Below the pieces are notes generated by a model. It did not search any database. It had not been told where the DNA came from and worked only from the letters and a program-made list of their open reading frames with translations. Shown one piece after another: positions 12,987 to 23,960 of a stretch of DNA of 64,000 nucleotides. The translations under genes and the position numbers were made by a program. Source of the stretch: Gracilinanus agilis. Its lineage: Eukaryota. Position 1 is the stretch's first letter. The number at the start of each line of letters is the position of its first letter. The stretch is from positions 249,595,832 to 249,659,831 of the forward strand of contig NC_058133.1 of assembly GCF_016433145.1 (NCBI RefSeq). Reading direction: 5' to 3'.

Positions 12987-13420
12987 TGTAGCAATTAAAA
13001 TTATCTCAGGATTGATTTTTCTTAATTTTAAAATCATTTACTAATTGACTGGTCAAGACATTCTAATTATGGTCAAATGATTCTCATCATAAGACAAATA
13101 GAAAAACCTAGCCCAGGTATATATATACATTTCTGAGAGTTCATTACTCAGCCCCTCCCTTAAACATCCCAATACATCTTTAATTGATGATAGTTAACCA
13201 AGAGGTGGTCCATCAGACCTTCAGTCCTTCCTCAGACTAACAGGTAAGAATTTGCACATCTGCATTATTATACAACTTTTCCTGTCAGCCCAGAGGCTAT
13301 GAAAGGACCACATTACTCAGGACAAAGAGAATTTTAAAATCTATGGACTAAATGGAGACTCAGGAATTCTCCCTAATATAGGATCCTGATGATACAGTAT
13401 ATTAAAAAATAATTCTCACA
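12987..13420. mobile_element. Probable solo LTR (434 bp)
   Basis: Begins TGTAGCAATTA and ends TAATTCTCACA (TG...CA with short imperfect terminal inverted similarity). It interrupts otherwise continuous L1 3' sequence. The flanks TTCT/TTCC give only an imperfect TSD. Confidence 0.5.
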
Positions 13421-14900
13421 TTCCTTAAAATTTTGAGTTGCAAATTCTTTCCTTCCCTCCCTCCTCTCCCTTCCCTTAGGAGACAAGGAACTTGATTATA
13501 GACTATACATGCATGTAGTCATACAAAACATTTCCATATTAGCTAAATTGCAAAAGAAAATGCAGACCAAAGTAAACAAAAATGATAAAATTAAAAAGAT
13601 ATGTTTCAGTCTTCATTCAGATTCCATCAGATCTTTTTCTGGAGGTGGCCAGCATTTTTCACCACAAATCCCATGAAATTGTCTTGAATTATTGTGTTGC
13701 CAAGAACAGTTATGTTCATAGTTGGTCATTATGTAATGTCGCTGTTGCTGTTACGATGCTCTCCTGGTTCTGCTCCTTTCACTTTGTTTTCAACTTTGTA
13801 TCAATTCACTTTACATTTGGTTGTGCTGAAAGCATCCTGCTTGTCATTTCCTATAGCACAAAGATATTTCATCACAATTCTATACTATAATTTGTTTAGC
13901 TTTGGCATCCCCTCAATTACCAATTCTTTGCTATAAAAAAAAGAGATGCTAGAAATATTTTTTTTGTAGAAATAGGTCATTTTTCCTTTTAAAATATTTT
14001 AAAAGAAATTTAAATTCTTTGGGGGTACAGAGCTGGTGCTGGTATTACCGGGGCAAGGGAGATGCACAGTTTTATTGTCCTTTGGGTACAGTTTCAAATT
14101 GCTCTCCAAAATGGCGTTTTAGTACACAACTCCATCAACAATGCATTATTGTACCTATTTTTCCACATTTCCTCCAATATTTGTCTTTTTCTTTTTCTTC
14201 CATATTAGCTAATCTGAGGTAGTGCCTCAAAGTTGTTTTAGTTTTCATTTTTCTAGTGATTAGTGATTTAGAGCATTTTTTCAGATAACCTTGAATTTGT
14301 TCTTAAAACTGCCTGTTCATAGAGGCCTAGAGACGGGAGGTCCTAGGTTCAAACCCGGCCTCAGCCACTTCCCAGCTGTGTGACCCTGGGCAGGTAACTT
14401 GACCCCCATTGCCCACCCTTACCAATCTTCCACCTATGAGACAATACACCGAAGTACAAGGGTTTAAAAAAAAAAAACAAAAAAACTGCCTGTTCATAAT
14501 ATTCTTTGACCATTTGACAATTGGGGAAAGACTCATATTCTTATAAATTTGATTCAGTTTTCTATATAGTTCAGAGATGAGGCTTTTACCAGAGAAAATT
14601 ACCATTAATTAAAATTAATAAAAATTATCCATTTTACATCCTATAATGCTCTCTGTTGTTTGGTCACGAATTCTTCCCTTATCTATAGATCTGACAGGTG
14701 CTCCTCTAATTTGATTATGATATCACCTTTTATGTTTAAATCATGTACCCATTTTGACTTTATCTTGGTATACAAAGGTTTCTACCAGACTATCTTGTAG
14801 TTCTCTCAACAACTGTCAAATGGTAATTTTGTATCTCAAAATCTTGGATCTTTGGGTTTATCAAACACTAGATTATTATGGTTATTTATTACCTGGTATT
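13421..14900 (-). mobile_element. Old L1 LINE 3' region (ORF2 end and 3' UTR), interrupted by a SINE
   Basis: Antisense L1 signatures such as GTGATTTAGAGCATTTTTTCA, CATTATTGTACCTATTTTTCCACAT and TTTGACCATTTGACAATTGGGGAA. Confidence 0.7.
14322..14481 (+). mobile_element. Young 5'-truncated SINE1_Mdo-like SINE
   Basis: Perfect 17-bp TSD AAAACTGCCTGTTCATA (14305-14321 and 14482-14498), poly(A) tail, retained CpGs. Confidence 0.9.
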
Positions 14901-15288
14901 GCATACCCAGGAGAAAGAGAACTATATATTTGGAAAGAATGTATAAAAACAAAAGGTGTTAAGATAATTTTAAAAAAGCAAACCCTTCCTCTGAATTTGC
15001 CATTGCTGTTCACTTGTGTGTCCAACTCTTCATTATTCCAATAGGAGTGATTTTATTGCTCATTTTACACGGGAGGAAACAGAGGCAAGCAGGGTTAAGT
15101 AACTAGCCCAGGGTGACACATCTAGTGAATATCTGAGGCCAAATCTGAAGTCAGAAAGATGAGTCTAGACCAGACACTATCTACTGCACCACCTAGCTGC
15201 CCCAAATCTGCCAGTACCAAAAGCTATTGTCCTATGTCTCTTTTCCCTTTAATTAACGGACTCCTAGAGTTAACGACTCCAACTCACT

Positions 15289-15477
15289 GTTTTTTTTTTA
15301 AACCCTTGTACTTCGGTGTATTGTCTCACAGGTGGAAGATTGGTAAGGGTGGGCAATGGGGGTCAAATGACTTGCCCAGGGTCACACAGCTGGGAAGTGG
15401 CTGAGGCCGGGTTTGAACCTAGGAGCTCCTGTCTCTAGGCCTGACTCTCACTCCACTGAGCTACCCAGCTGCCCTAG
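15289..15477 (-). mobile_element. Young full-length SINE1_Mdo-like SINE
   Basis: TSD CAACTCACT (15280-15288 and 15478-15486), poly(T) at the left end, tRNA-derived head with A/B-box-like sequence. About 6 mismatches over about 140 bp versus the copy at 14322. Confidence 0.9.
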
Positions 15478-15486
15478 CAACTCACT

Positions 15487-16250
15487 TTTTAATACCTTGC
15501 AATCTGTCTTCCAACTTTACCACTCTTCTGAAACTGCTCACTCTAAGCTTAAAAATAATCTCTTTTCTCACTCTTCATTCTATTTGACTTCTTAGGAGCA
15601 TTTGATATTAACATTTACTATTCTTCAGTAATCTCTGTTTCCTTGCTTTTAGTGGCACTGCTCTCTTGATTTTCCTGGTATCTGATTGTCTGCTCTCACC
15701 CTCTTTTGCAGAATAATCATCCATCTCTTGCTACCAAAGGGTCTTTTTGGCACATTTTTCTTTGTATATACTCTCTCAGTGATTTCACTTACTCCCATAT
15801 TTCTGAGTCTTTTCTCAACAAGGTTGACTCCTGAATGTATATATGACCAGTCTTGATATCTCTCCTAAATTCCAGGCCTGCATCACCATTGGACATTTCC
15901 TCATGGCTATCCCTTTGGCATTTAAAACTCCAAATATCCAAAAGAAATCTCAGTTTTTCCCCTATATTTATTCTGTTTCAAACTAAAAAAAAAAATTCTA
16001 TGGAGGCCATGACTGTCATTCTAGTTTGCAACCTTGAAGTCATTGCTTTTCTCTCTCCTTCACCATGGATATCCAAGCAGTTCTAATGACTTGTAGATTT
16101 GACCTTGATATCTCTCCCTATCTGTCTATTCTCTACTCACAGAGCCACCACCCTATATTCAGGTTTTCATCATCCCTCACAAATCACCTATAGTATTTCC
16201 TTTTTTTAATCCATTCCCCACATTTCTAACAAATTAATGTTCCTATGAGA
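15487..16250 (+). mobile_element. L2 LINE fragment (RT region)
   Basis: CTCTTCATTCTATTTGACTTCTTAGGAGCATTTGATA resembles the L2 RT motif LILLDLSAAFD. Typical L2 pyrimidine-rich 3' part follows. Confidence 0.6.
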
Positions 16251-19236
16251 GAAATATTTGAAAATAGAACCATACTATTTTATGGACAAATCATCAGAAG
16301 AGATTACAAGAGAAATATGATGGAAACCTGTGAAAGGAGGCACTGAGACACTAATCTCCTGACCTAAACTAATATTAAAAAACTGACTCAATACTCTGCA
16401 TTTCTTACTTAACCGAGACATTATGAAGGAAGGTAGCATTTCAAATACAAGCACAGAGTCTTAATATCTTGAAGAAAACCTCTCTCTGAGACAGAGCAAG
16501 ACTGAACTTTTATAACCTGTGGGAAGAAAAAATAAATCAAGTGTAGGTAATACAAAGTTGCTGGGAGAGGTAAGAACATAAGAGATTGATAAAAGTTTAT
16601 AATACTGAAAGAGTCAGTAAGATTTGGTAACTAAGTGGATTTGGGGGAGGTATTTCAAGAAAGTTTTAAAAATTTTAATGATATTTATTTTTAAAAAATA
16701 TTTGTTAATTATTCATTTTAATTCATGGATAATTATAGCAAGAAGTAATATTGATGTATGGCTATCGTAACCTATCTGCTCAAGTATCATATATATACTT
16801 TCAAGATTAGAATATACCTGGTATGCCACACAGGCCAAGATCACTGTTTCTACTCTGAGTATATACATAAGTTTGGAAGAAGGAGATGAATGGATCATAT
16901 CCAGAAAAGGAGCCTGAAGAGTGGGCAGACAGGTACCAGGAAAAATACTACAGGTGCCACAGAAGCTGAGAGCCTTAAATATACAATAATATCAAAAGTT
17001 CTGAGAGGTCAAGCAAAATAAAGGCAGAGAAATGGCAAAATTCAGTAGGTTATATGTTCTTCAAGGCTTCATCTAGTTGACAGATGGACTAGTGGAAACA
17101 TAGTGAAGAAACTCTCTTAATTGTCTTTTTTACTTCAGCTCACTTCTTCCTGACCAATGGCATTAGGTGAGAAAGAATAGAAGGCCTTGGGATGTCTCCC
17201 TTTGCCTTTGTTACTATTTGTTCTGTAATTTTAGGTGAAATAAGTTGGAAGATATGACTTGTGAATTTTGAAATGTCAAGATACTGAGTCCATGAGTCTG
17301 AGAGCCCAGAAGTTTAGTCCTTGCTAGGTTTTGCAGTCAGCTATCAGGATTCACCTTCAGGGATATATTTATATGTGAATTTGATAGAACAAATGCTATG
17401 CAGAAACTGGGTTAAGTCTTTATCTGTTTTCCCTAGACACCAATATGGCATAAAGAAGAAGTGTATCCCCAAGGAGCTGGGTAGAAAATTTTATACTTCT
17501 GTTTTGAATCTTCAAAGTTAATATCTTTGTTAAAGCTTAAAATACTGCAAAGGAGTTCAAATGGTCATTGATATAGGTCTAACCAGATGATGAGAAGTAA
17601 TGCGCAATGGTCCATCTAGTACCCTTTTACCTTTGAGGACAAATCCTCTCTAATTTAGAAGATTGACAGTTAGGGTATCAGTCCTTTATCAGTTTGAGAA
17701 CTGATCCCCTATTATTGTGGGCTTTAGTAAAGATTCCCTGGTGCAGAGGACTGGGTAGAGGCAGTCAGCGATACAGACTTTATAGGAGGAGCTGAGATTT
17801 TAAATAAATCTTTTGATTTTATATAAATAAGCAATCTTAGCAAGCCATTGGAAGTTGGGAAGGAGATTCAAATAGCAAGATAGGGATAAATTCCTCACCT
17901 TCCCTAATCAGAACAAAAGTCCTCTGGTATATAAGGAGTATGGTCATCAATGTTTTATCTATGAACCTGAGCCAAATGCTACAAATTATTAGACATACAT
18001 CCATACCCTCAGACTAAACTAATCTGACTTCGAACAAGGTCAAGAGTTTGAGGGGAGAATTTTGTCACCCAAATGCAGAGGGACTGAGTTTTTAGGACCA
18101 AGGTTGGTGAGGTAACACGGCTCCTGTGCAAAGGAAGGGTAGCAGAGCAGCCTAACCTTGGATTGCCATCTAGTGGCTGATGTAGATATAACATATCCAA
18201 TTGCTATTTCAACAACCATATCGGTGCCATTATAAAACAGATGCTCCTGGGATGGAAGCATTACCCTTTCATATTTATAATAGTTTTCTGAGTTAATCTA
18301 TTTCCTCTTTTTGTACAAGTGATCAGTGCATAAAATTATGGGACTATCATTTCACTTTCTGTCACCATTTACCGATACTGATACATTCTTGTTCATCCAT
18401 TGCTTCTGGGAAAGGCATGATAAGTTCCACTCATACCCTGTCACTGCTTTGATCGAAATTCCCTGCCATTACTACTATGTGTTATATCCCTTGATTGGAA
18501 TGTAGGTTCCTTGAGGGCAGATTCTGTCTCACTTTTCTAAGTTTGAATCCCTCTGTCTAGCACAATGTTTTGATACCTAAAAATAAATGCTTATTGAATG
18601 AATTTTCTCTACCATCTTTGGTTCCTGGATTTCCTCGTAAATATATATTAATAGATGGTGCTACTCTGTCTCTCCTTTTATATAGTCTGCTATTTTGAAT
18701 AAGGTATAATGATGTCCTTTCAGAACCATATTTCAGACATGGTTCTACTAAGTCTAAGTGATATTTTTCAGGTCAATTTTGCCTTCCTGCATTAGAATAT
18801 GTAATTCTTCTTTCCTATTAACTGTTCTTTGTATATAGATATTTGATGCTGTGGGTTTTATTATTAGCTCCTTTCTTGAATTATGTCATGAATTTCTGTG
18901 TGTCTTTAATTTTATGCATTCTACATTGTGGCTTTTCTGTATGATATCTAGCTTGGTGGACATTAGTAGACAGTCTACTCCCTTTGTCACCTCTCCTTTT
19001 CATTGTAAAATCTCCCCTTGGCTTTTTTCCCCCAACTTGTACTCCTACTCAAGGTTAGTTCCTCATAGGGTAGCTACTACTTGAGGTTATAAAGGATAAT
19101 ACTATGTAGACTATGCTTCTAATGCTATATAGCTCACAAATCTCTTCTCATGTGCTTTCTATTAACAATTACTTCTTAGCAAAGACATTTATTCAGATGG
19201 CATACAAACATTTCTCCTATAAATCTAGGATACACT

Positions 19237-19414
19237 TTTTTTTAACCCTTACCTTCCTTCATACTGTGTATTGGTTCCAAGTCAGAAGAGTGGTGAGGGC
19301 TAAGCAGTGGGTTAAGTGACTTGTCCTGGGTCACATAGCCTATAGGCCACATATGAATGCAGTTATCTCCCATTGGTAGGCCTGGTTCTCAAACCAGAGC
19401 CACCTAGCTGCCCC
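19237..19414 (-). mobile_element. SINE1_Mdo-like SINE
   Basis: Tail ATACTGTGTATTGGTTCCAAGTCAGAAGAGTGGTGAGGGCT, head GAGCCACCTAGCTGCCCC, near-TSD GGATACACT / GGGTACACT. Confidence 0.8.
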
Positions 19415-20284
19415 TGGGTACACTCTTCCACAGATACATATAGAGTTCAAGGGAAGAATGAACTCAAACTTAGAGTATAAGGGCAGCGAGGTACACCTGC
19501 AGGATTCACACATAGAAAGGATAACTTACAACCCCTCGAAAGGAGTTGCAAGACTTGGAAAGTTTTTCTCTCTTCAGAGTTCTCATGATGAATACATAAG
19601 AGTTTCTGTCCTCAGTTTGACTCTACATTGTCAAATTGCTCCTTGAAGCTTGGATGACTATCTCTCTATATCCCTGTTTGTCTGAAATGTAGTTCTCTGT
19701 TTTTTGATAGATGCAGAATTGTTCCCTTCTTGACTTAGAGGGGCTTTATTATCTCCTAAAGGAACCAGGTAGAAGAAAATCTTTTTACAATTAAAACACC
19801 TCATTTGTACCTTGTGTTGCAATTCTGGACCTTTTAAAAAATATATTAAAGAGGCACCATTTCCCTTCTCTCTTATATTAGTTTTAAACTCTTTTGATTA
19901 GCTGTACAAGAATCTAAGCAATATATTAACATTTGTTAGGTGCACTCCATTACTGGCCAAAATCCAATCATTTTTATATTTTAAGTCTTGCTTCATCATC
20001 ACAAAGCTCCCCAGCTGTGCCTGTATACCCTTCATATTCTATTCCACTAATTCCTTGCCACATTATCATAAACCAATCAAGCAAGCATTTGTACATATAT
20101 TCCTAAATTTGTCATAGTGGCTGGTCCAATCACTCCTTTGATGTAGAAGGAAGTGCTGATGCACTTCTGGGGTGAATCAGACAAGTACTAGTCTCAGGGC
20201 AGTATTAGCATTCCATTTGATTCAGCTGCTGGCAAAATCTAATATGGACTCCAGTATCTAGACCTCTGGTGGCTTGCTTAAAAG

Positions 20285-20515
20285 GTTGTTCAGTTGTGTC
20301 AGAATTTTTCATGACCATATTTTGGGGTTCCCCAAGCAAAGATACTGGAGTGGTTTACCATTTCCTTTTCCAGGTCATTTTGCAAATTTGCAAATTTGAG
20401 GAAATGAAGTGCCCAGGGTCACAAGTTACTGTCTGGGGCCAGATTTGAACTCAGGAAGATGAGTCTGACTCCAGACAGACCCAGCAATCTATCCACTATA
20501 TCACTTAGCTGACCC
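20285..20515 (-). mobile_element. MAR1-type SINE
   Basis: RTE-like tail GCAAAGATACTGGAGTGGTTTACCATTTCCTTTTCCAG plus CORE and head remnants. Confidence 0.7.
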
Positions 20516-20855
20516 CAAAAGGATGTAGTCATCCTCAATATTTCTTCACCTAAGTGGAAACAAAAATAAGCCAGATGTACTTCTGGCTTCTTGGCAGTTT
20601 CAAGAAAAGTTGAAAGTTAGCAAACTCCAGTACTTAGAACTGCCATGAAGCTAAGAATCCCAAAGCAGTTCATCTTGTTGATGAGCTCAACAGGGAAAGA
20701 AAAAGATCACTTTGGCTAGTTAGTACTTTTTGTATAAACACCAAGAATGGTTCAGCTTCACATCAGTTGGCTAATTTTCATCACATAGCAAATGGACAAG
20801 AAGCAGTCAGAATAATTCCACATGATCTGGAGGACCTTAGGCAAAGCATATTCTT

Positions 20856-21402
20856 TTTTTTTTTAAATTTTAAACATTTATTAATATTCATTTTTAACAT
20901 GGTTACATGATTCATTCTCTTACTTTCCCCTTCACCACTACCACCCCCCGACTTTCCCCCCACCCCAGCCGATGCGCATTTCCACTGGTTTTATCATGTG
21001 TCCTTGATCAAGACCTATTTCCAAATTGTTGGTAGTTGCATTGGTGTGGTAGTTTCGAGTCCACATCCTCAATCATGTCCACCCCAACCCATGCGTTCAA
21101 GCAGCTGTTTTTCTTATATGTTTCCTCTCCTGCAGTCCTTCCTCTGAATGTGGGTAGCGTTCTTTACCATAAATCCCTCGGAATTGTCCTGGGTCATTGC
21201 ATTGCTGCTGGTAAAGAGGTCCATTACATTCGATTTTACCATAGTATATCAGTCTCTGTGTACAATGTTCTTCTGGCTCTGCTCCTTTCACTCTGCATCA
21301 GTTCCTGGAGGTCTTTCCAGTTCACCTGGAACTTCTCCAGTTTGTTATTCCTTTTAGCACAATAGTATTCCATCACAAGCATATACCATAATTTGTTCAG
21401 CC
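20856..21402 (-). mobile_element. Young 5'-truncated L1 insertion (ORF2 C-terminus, 3' UTR, poly(A))
   Basis: Perfect 17-bp TSD AGGCAAAGCATATTCTT (20839-20855 and 21403-21419). The minus-strand frame gives WLNKLWYMLVMEYYCAKRNNKLEKFQVNWKDLQELMQSERSRARRTLYT, a typical L1 ORF2 C-terminus. Confidence 0.92.
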
Positions 21403-22839
21403 AGGCAAAGCATATTCTTAAGAACTCAGTCCTCATTGCCCAGAACCCTTACAGAGGCAGAGATGAGAGTGAATCTAGGGATGGAGAAAAGGGTATTTGA
21501 AGCCACTGAGGCAGGAACTAGAATATTGTAACTAAAGAACAGTAAGTAGGTCAATTTCAGAACTTGTGAAAGGAAGTAATTTAGTAAATTTGGAACAGTA
21601 GGCTAGAGCCAGATTTCAAAGGGTTTTAAATGCCAAACAGAAGAATTTGTATATATTAGAGGCAACAGGGAGTCATTGAAGCTTTTTGATCAGAGGAATG
21701 ATGATATGGTTAGATCTGTGTATGCCACTTTGGCTGTGTATAGGATGAACTGGAAAGGGGGAAAACCTGAGGCAGGGAAATAAATTAGTAAATTATTGCA
21801 GTAGCTCAGGTAAGAGATGATGAGATACTAGAGTCCTTGTGTCATGTGAGAGACACTGTAGGGGTAAAAATCAACAAGACTGGCAAGTGATTGGATGTGG
21901 GGATTAGGGAGAGTAAGGTGACTTCAACACTCCAATCTCCTAATCTTAGTTCACTGACTAATGATAAATGATAATTGTCATTATCATATAGCTTCTGCTC
22001 TTTCCAGGTTGCCTAATCTAAGTTCGATCACCTCCCTCTCAAAACCAGGTTATCACACCTTACTTCATCTTAATTATCACTATGCAGAAGTAGCAGTTAA
22101 TAGAGTCAGGAAAGACAGGGTTTAAGACCAGCTTCTGACACATATTGGCTATGTGACTCCCCAGCACTGTCACACTTAACTCATTGTGGTTGCTGAGCAA
22201 TTCTCTAATATTTTATGTTGCAGAGTTAAGTCTCTGTACCTATTATATATAAGTAGCCCCATTTTATGGAGGGAATTTGCTCAATCAATTACAGGCGATT
22301 GATTTTTTAAAAATTATATTACTTGAGTTGGAGTCTTCAACTTTCCAAGTCATCACACTTTCCTAATTATCACACAGCTCCCACTCACCCCCAGTGTCCC
22401 CCACATCCCATATACCTCAATGTCATATTTCACTACTTCATTCACATAGCTCTACACTGTGATGATTGTCAACCTCTCCAGTCTCAGACACATCATCTCA
22501 ATAATAGATGGGCTTTAAGGTCTAAAAAGCGTTTAATCTCGTAACTGTGAGGCTGCGACAGTGTCATCTCCTCCCACTTTACATCCTCTCAATCTCGTAT
22601 TCTGAGATATCCCCAAATTATCCCTTACACATCTTATTTGCACATAGTTATTTGCATTAGGTCGTAAATTACCCAAAAGCTGGAACTGTGGTGTACCCAC
22701 AGGGGAGGGTGTTAGCTTTCTTCGTATACCCAGCACTTGGCTCAGTGCCTGGCACGTTATGCTTGTTCACAGATTGACTGACTGATTGATAGGTGACATG
22801 CGTTAGCACTCCACCATCTGCAAAGCACTTCATGCCTGT

Positions 22840-23960
22840 CCACTTCCCGTCGGCCCAATAACGTCGGGGGAGGGGGCGGAATCTCTGGTTTCCACTTCAG
22901 CCGCTGCCCGAGCCGGGCCTCATGCTGAAACCTAGTGGGTAGAGAAGCTTCTACACCCCACGCCTGTCGCCGCTGCCCATCCCCCGCACCGCTCCCCCAC
23001 TATACCCTTCCAATTAAGGCACTTTTCTCGTGAACACTTTCTGCCCCTCAGTCCCTCCACTCCTGTCCCTTCCTCTAGAAGCTGCGCTTGCGCTCATTCC
23101 AGTGGCAGTTGGTGCCGATGACGTCACGGAAAAATTCAGCCCAGTACTGGTAAACAACTGTCCGCGTGAGGCGTCCTGCACGTGTCTCCTCCAGCTCCTC
23201 GAAAGATGGCCAATGGGAATGGTCTATGGGAGGGATCTTCTCACGCGGTAAGAGACGAGCCCAGCAGAGGGAACTTCCATTTGCCAATGACCATTGAGAA
23301 AAAAAAGAACTGCGCAGTTTCTGGTCGGGAAACTAGCAATCAACGCGAGGGGGTGGGGCCCGAGAGCACGTGGAGCCTTCGCCTCTCGCCTGTTTAAGGA
23401 CCAATAAGGAGACAGCGGAGGCTAACGGGATCCAATTGGAGCAGTGCGTGGACGGGACGCAGGCGGGGCAGCGGCACGCGGATTGGGGCATGGGTCGGCG
23501 CGCCCAGGCCAATGAGCCGCGTCTAGGGCGTGTTGTCTGGGCCGAGGGGCGGTGCTGTCCCGCGCCGGTTCGGTCTGGGGCTGTCCTAAGTGGAACGGAT
23601 CTGAAACCTTGAGAGGAAGGAGTGCTTGGGTTACTTGAGCTGAGCCTTGAACCTTGGAGCCCCGGGACCCCTCTATAGGCAGGGGAGCGGTGAGTGGGAC
23701 CCAGCATGTGCGTAAAAGGCCGTAGGTTACACCGACTGAGTGTGCGTCCTTCGTTACATCCGCCAAGGCTTTAGTCCAAGCCACCAGGGGTGAGGGGTGG
23801 GGGATGGGGTGGCGGCGCAACGAAACTGAGGCACAGAGTAGTTGTATGACCTGTGTCCGTGGTCCCAGGGTCGGGAATTGCAAGCTCTTTCCAATTGGTG
23901 ACCCCAATTCTCTAGAAATGTCATAACATTCGGGAAGGGGGGGGGGCGGTGCAGATAAGA
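22840..23960 (+). promoter_or_regulatory. PER1: PER1 distal promoter (1A) CpG island
   Basis: CRE TGACGTCA at 23119-23126, E-boxes CACGTG at 23179-23184 and 23367-23372, at least six CCAAT/ATTGG boxes, GC box near 22873. Mouse and human PER1 have two promoters with E-boxes (established). Confidence 0.8.
23560..23689 (+). other. PER1: Putative PER1 non-coding exon 1A (start approximate)
   Basis: Lies downstream of the CCAAT cluster and ends at the strong donor GCG|GTGAGT (23690). Contains no ATG. A second candidate donor TAG|GTAAGC lies at 24115. Confidence 0.5.

Noticed and set aside
17500-18300. Minus-strand ORF fragments vaguely like retroviral env (FYNGTD..., CYPSFAQEPCYL)
   Set aside because: Short, interrupted and without a diagnostic motif, so it cannot be supported by eye.
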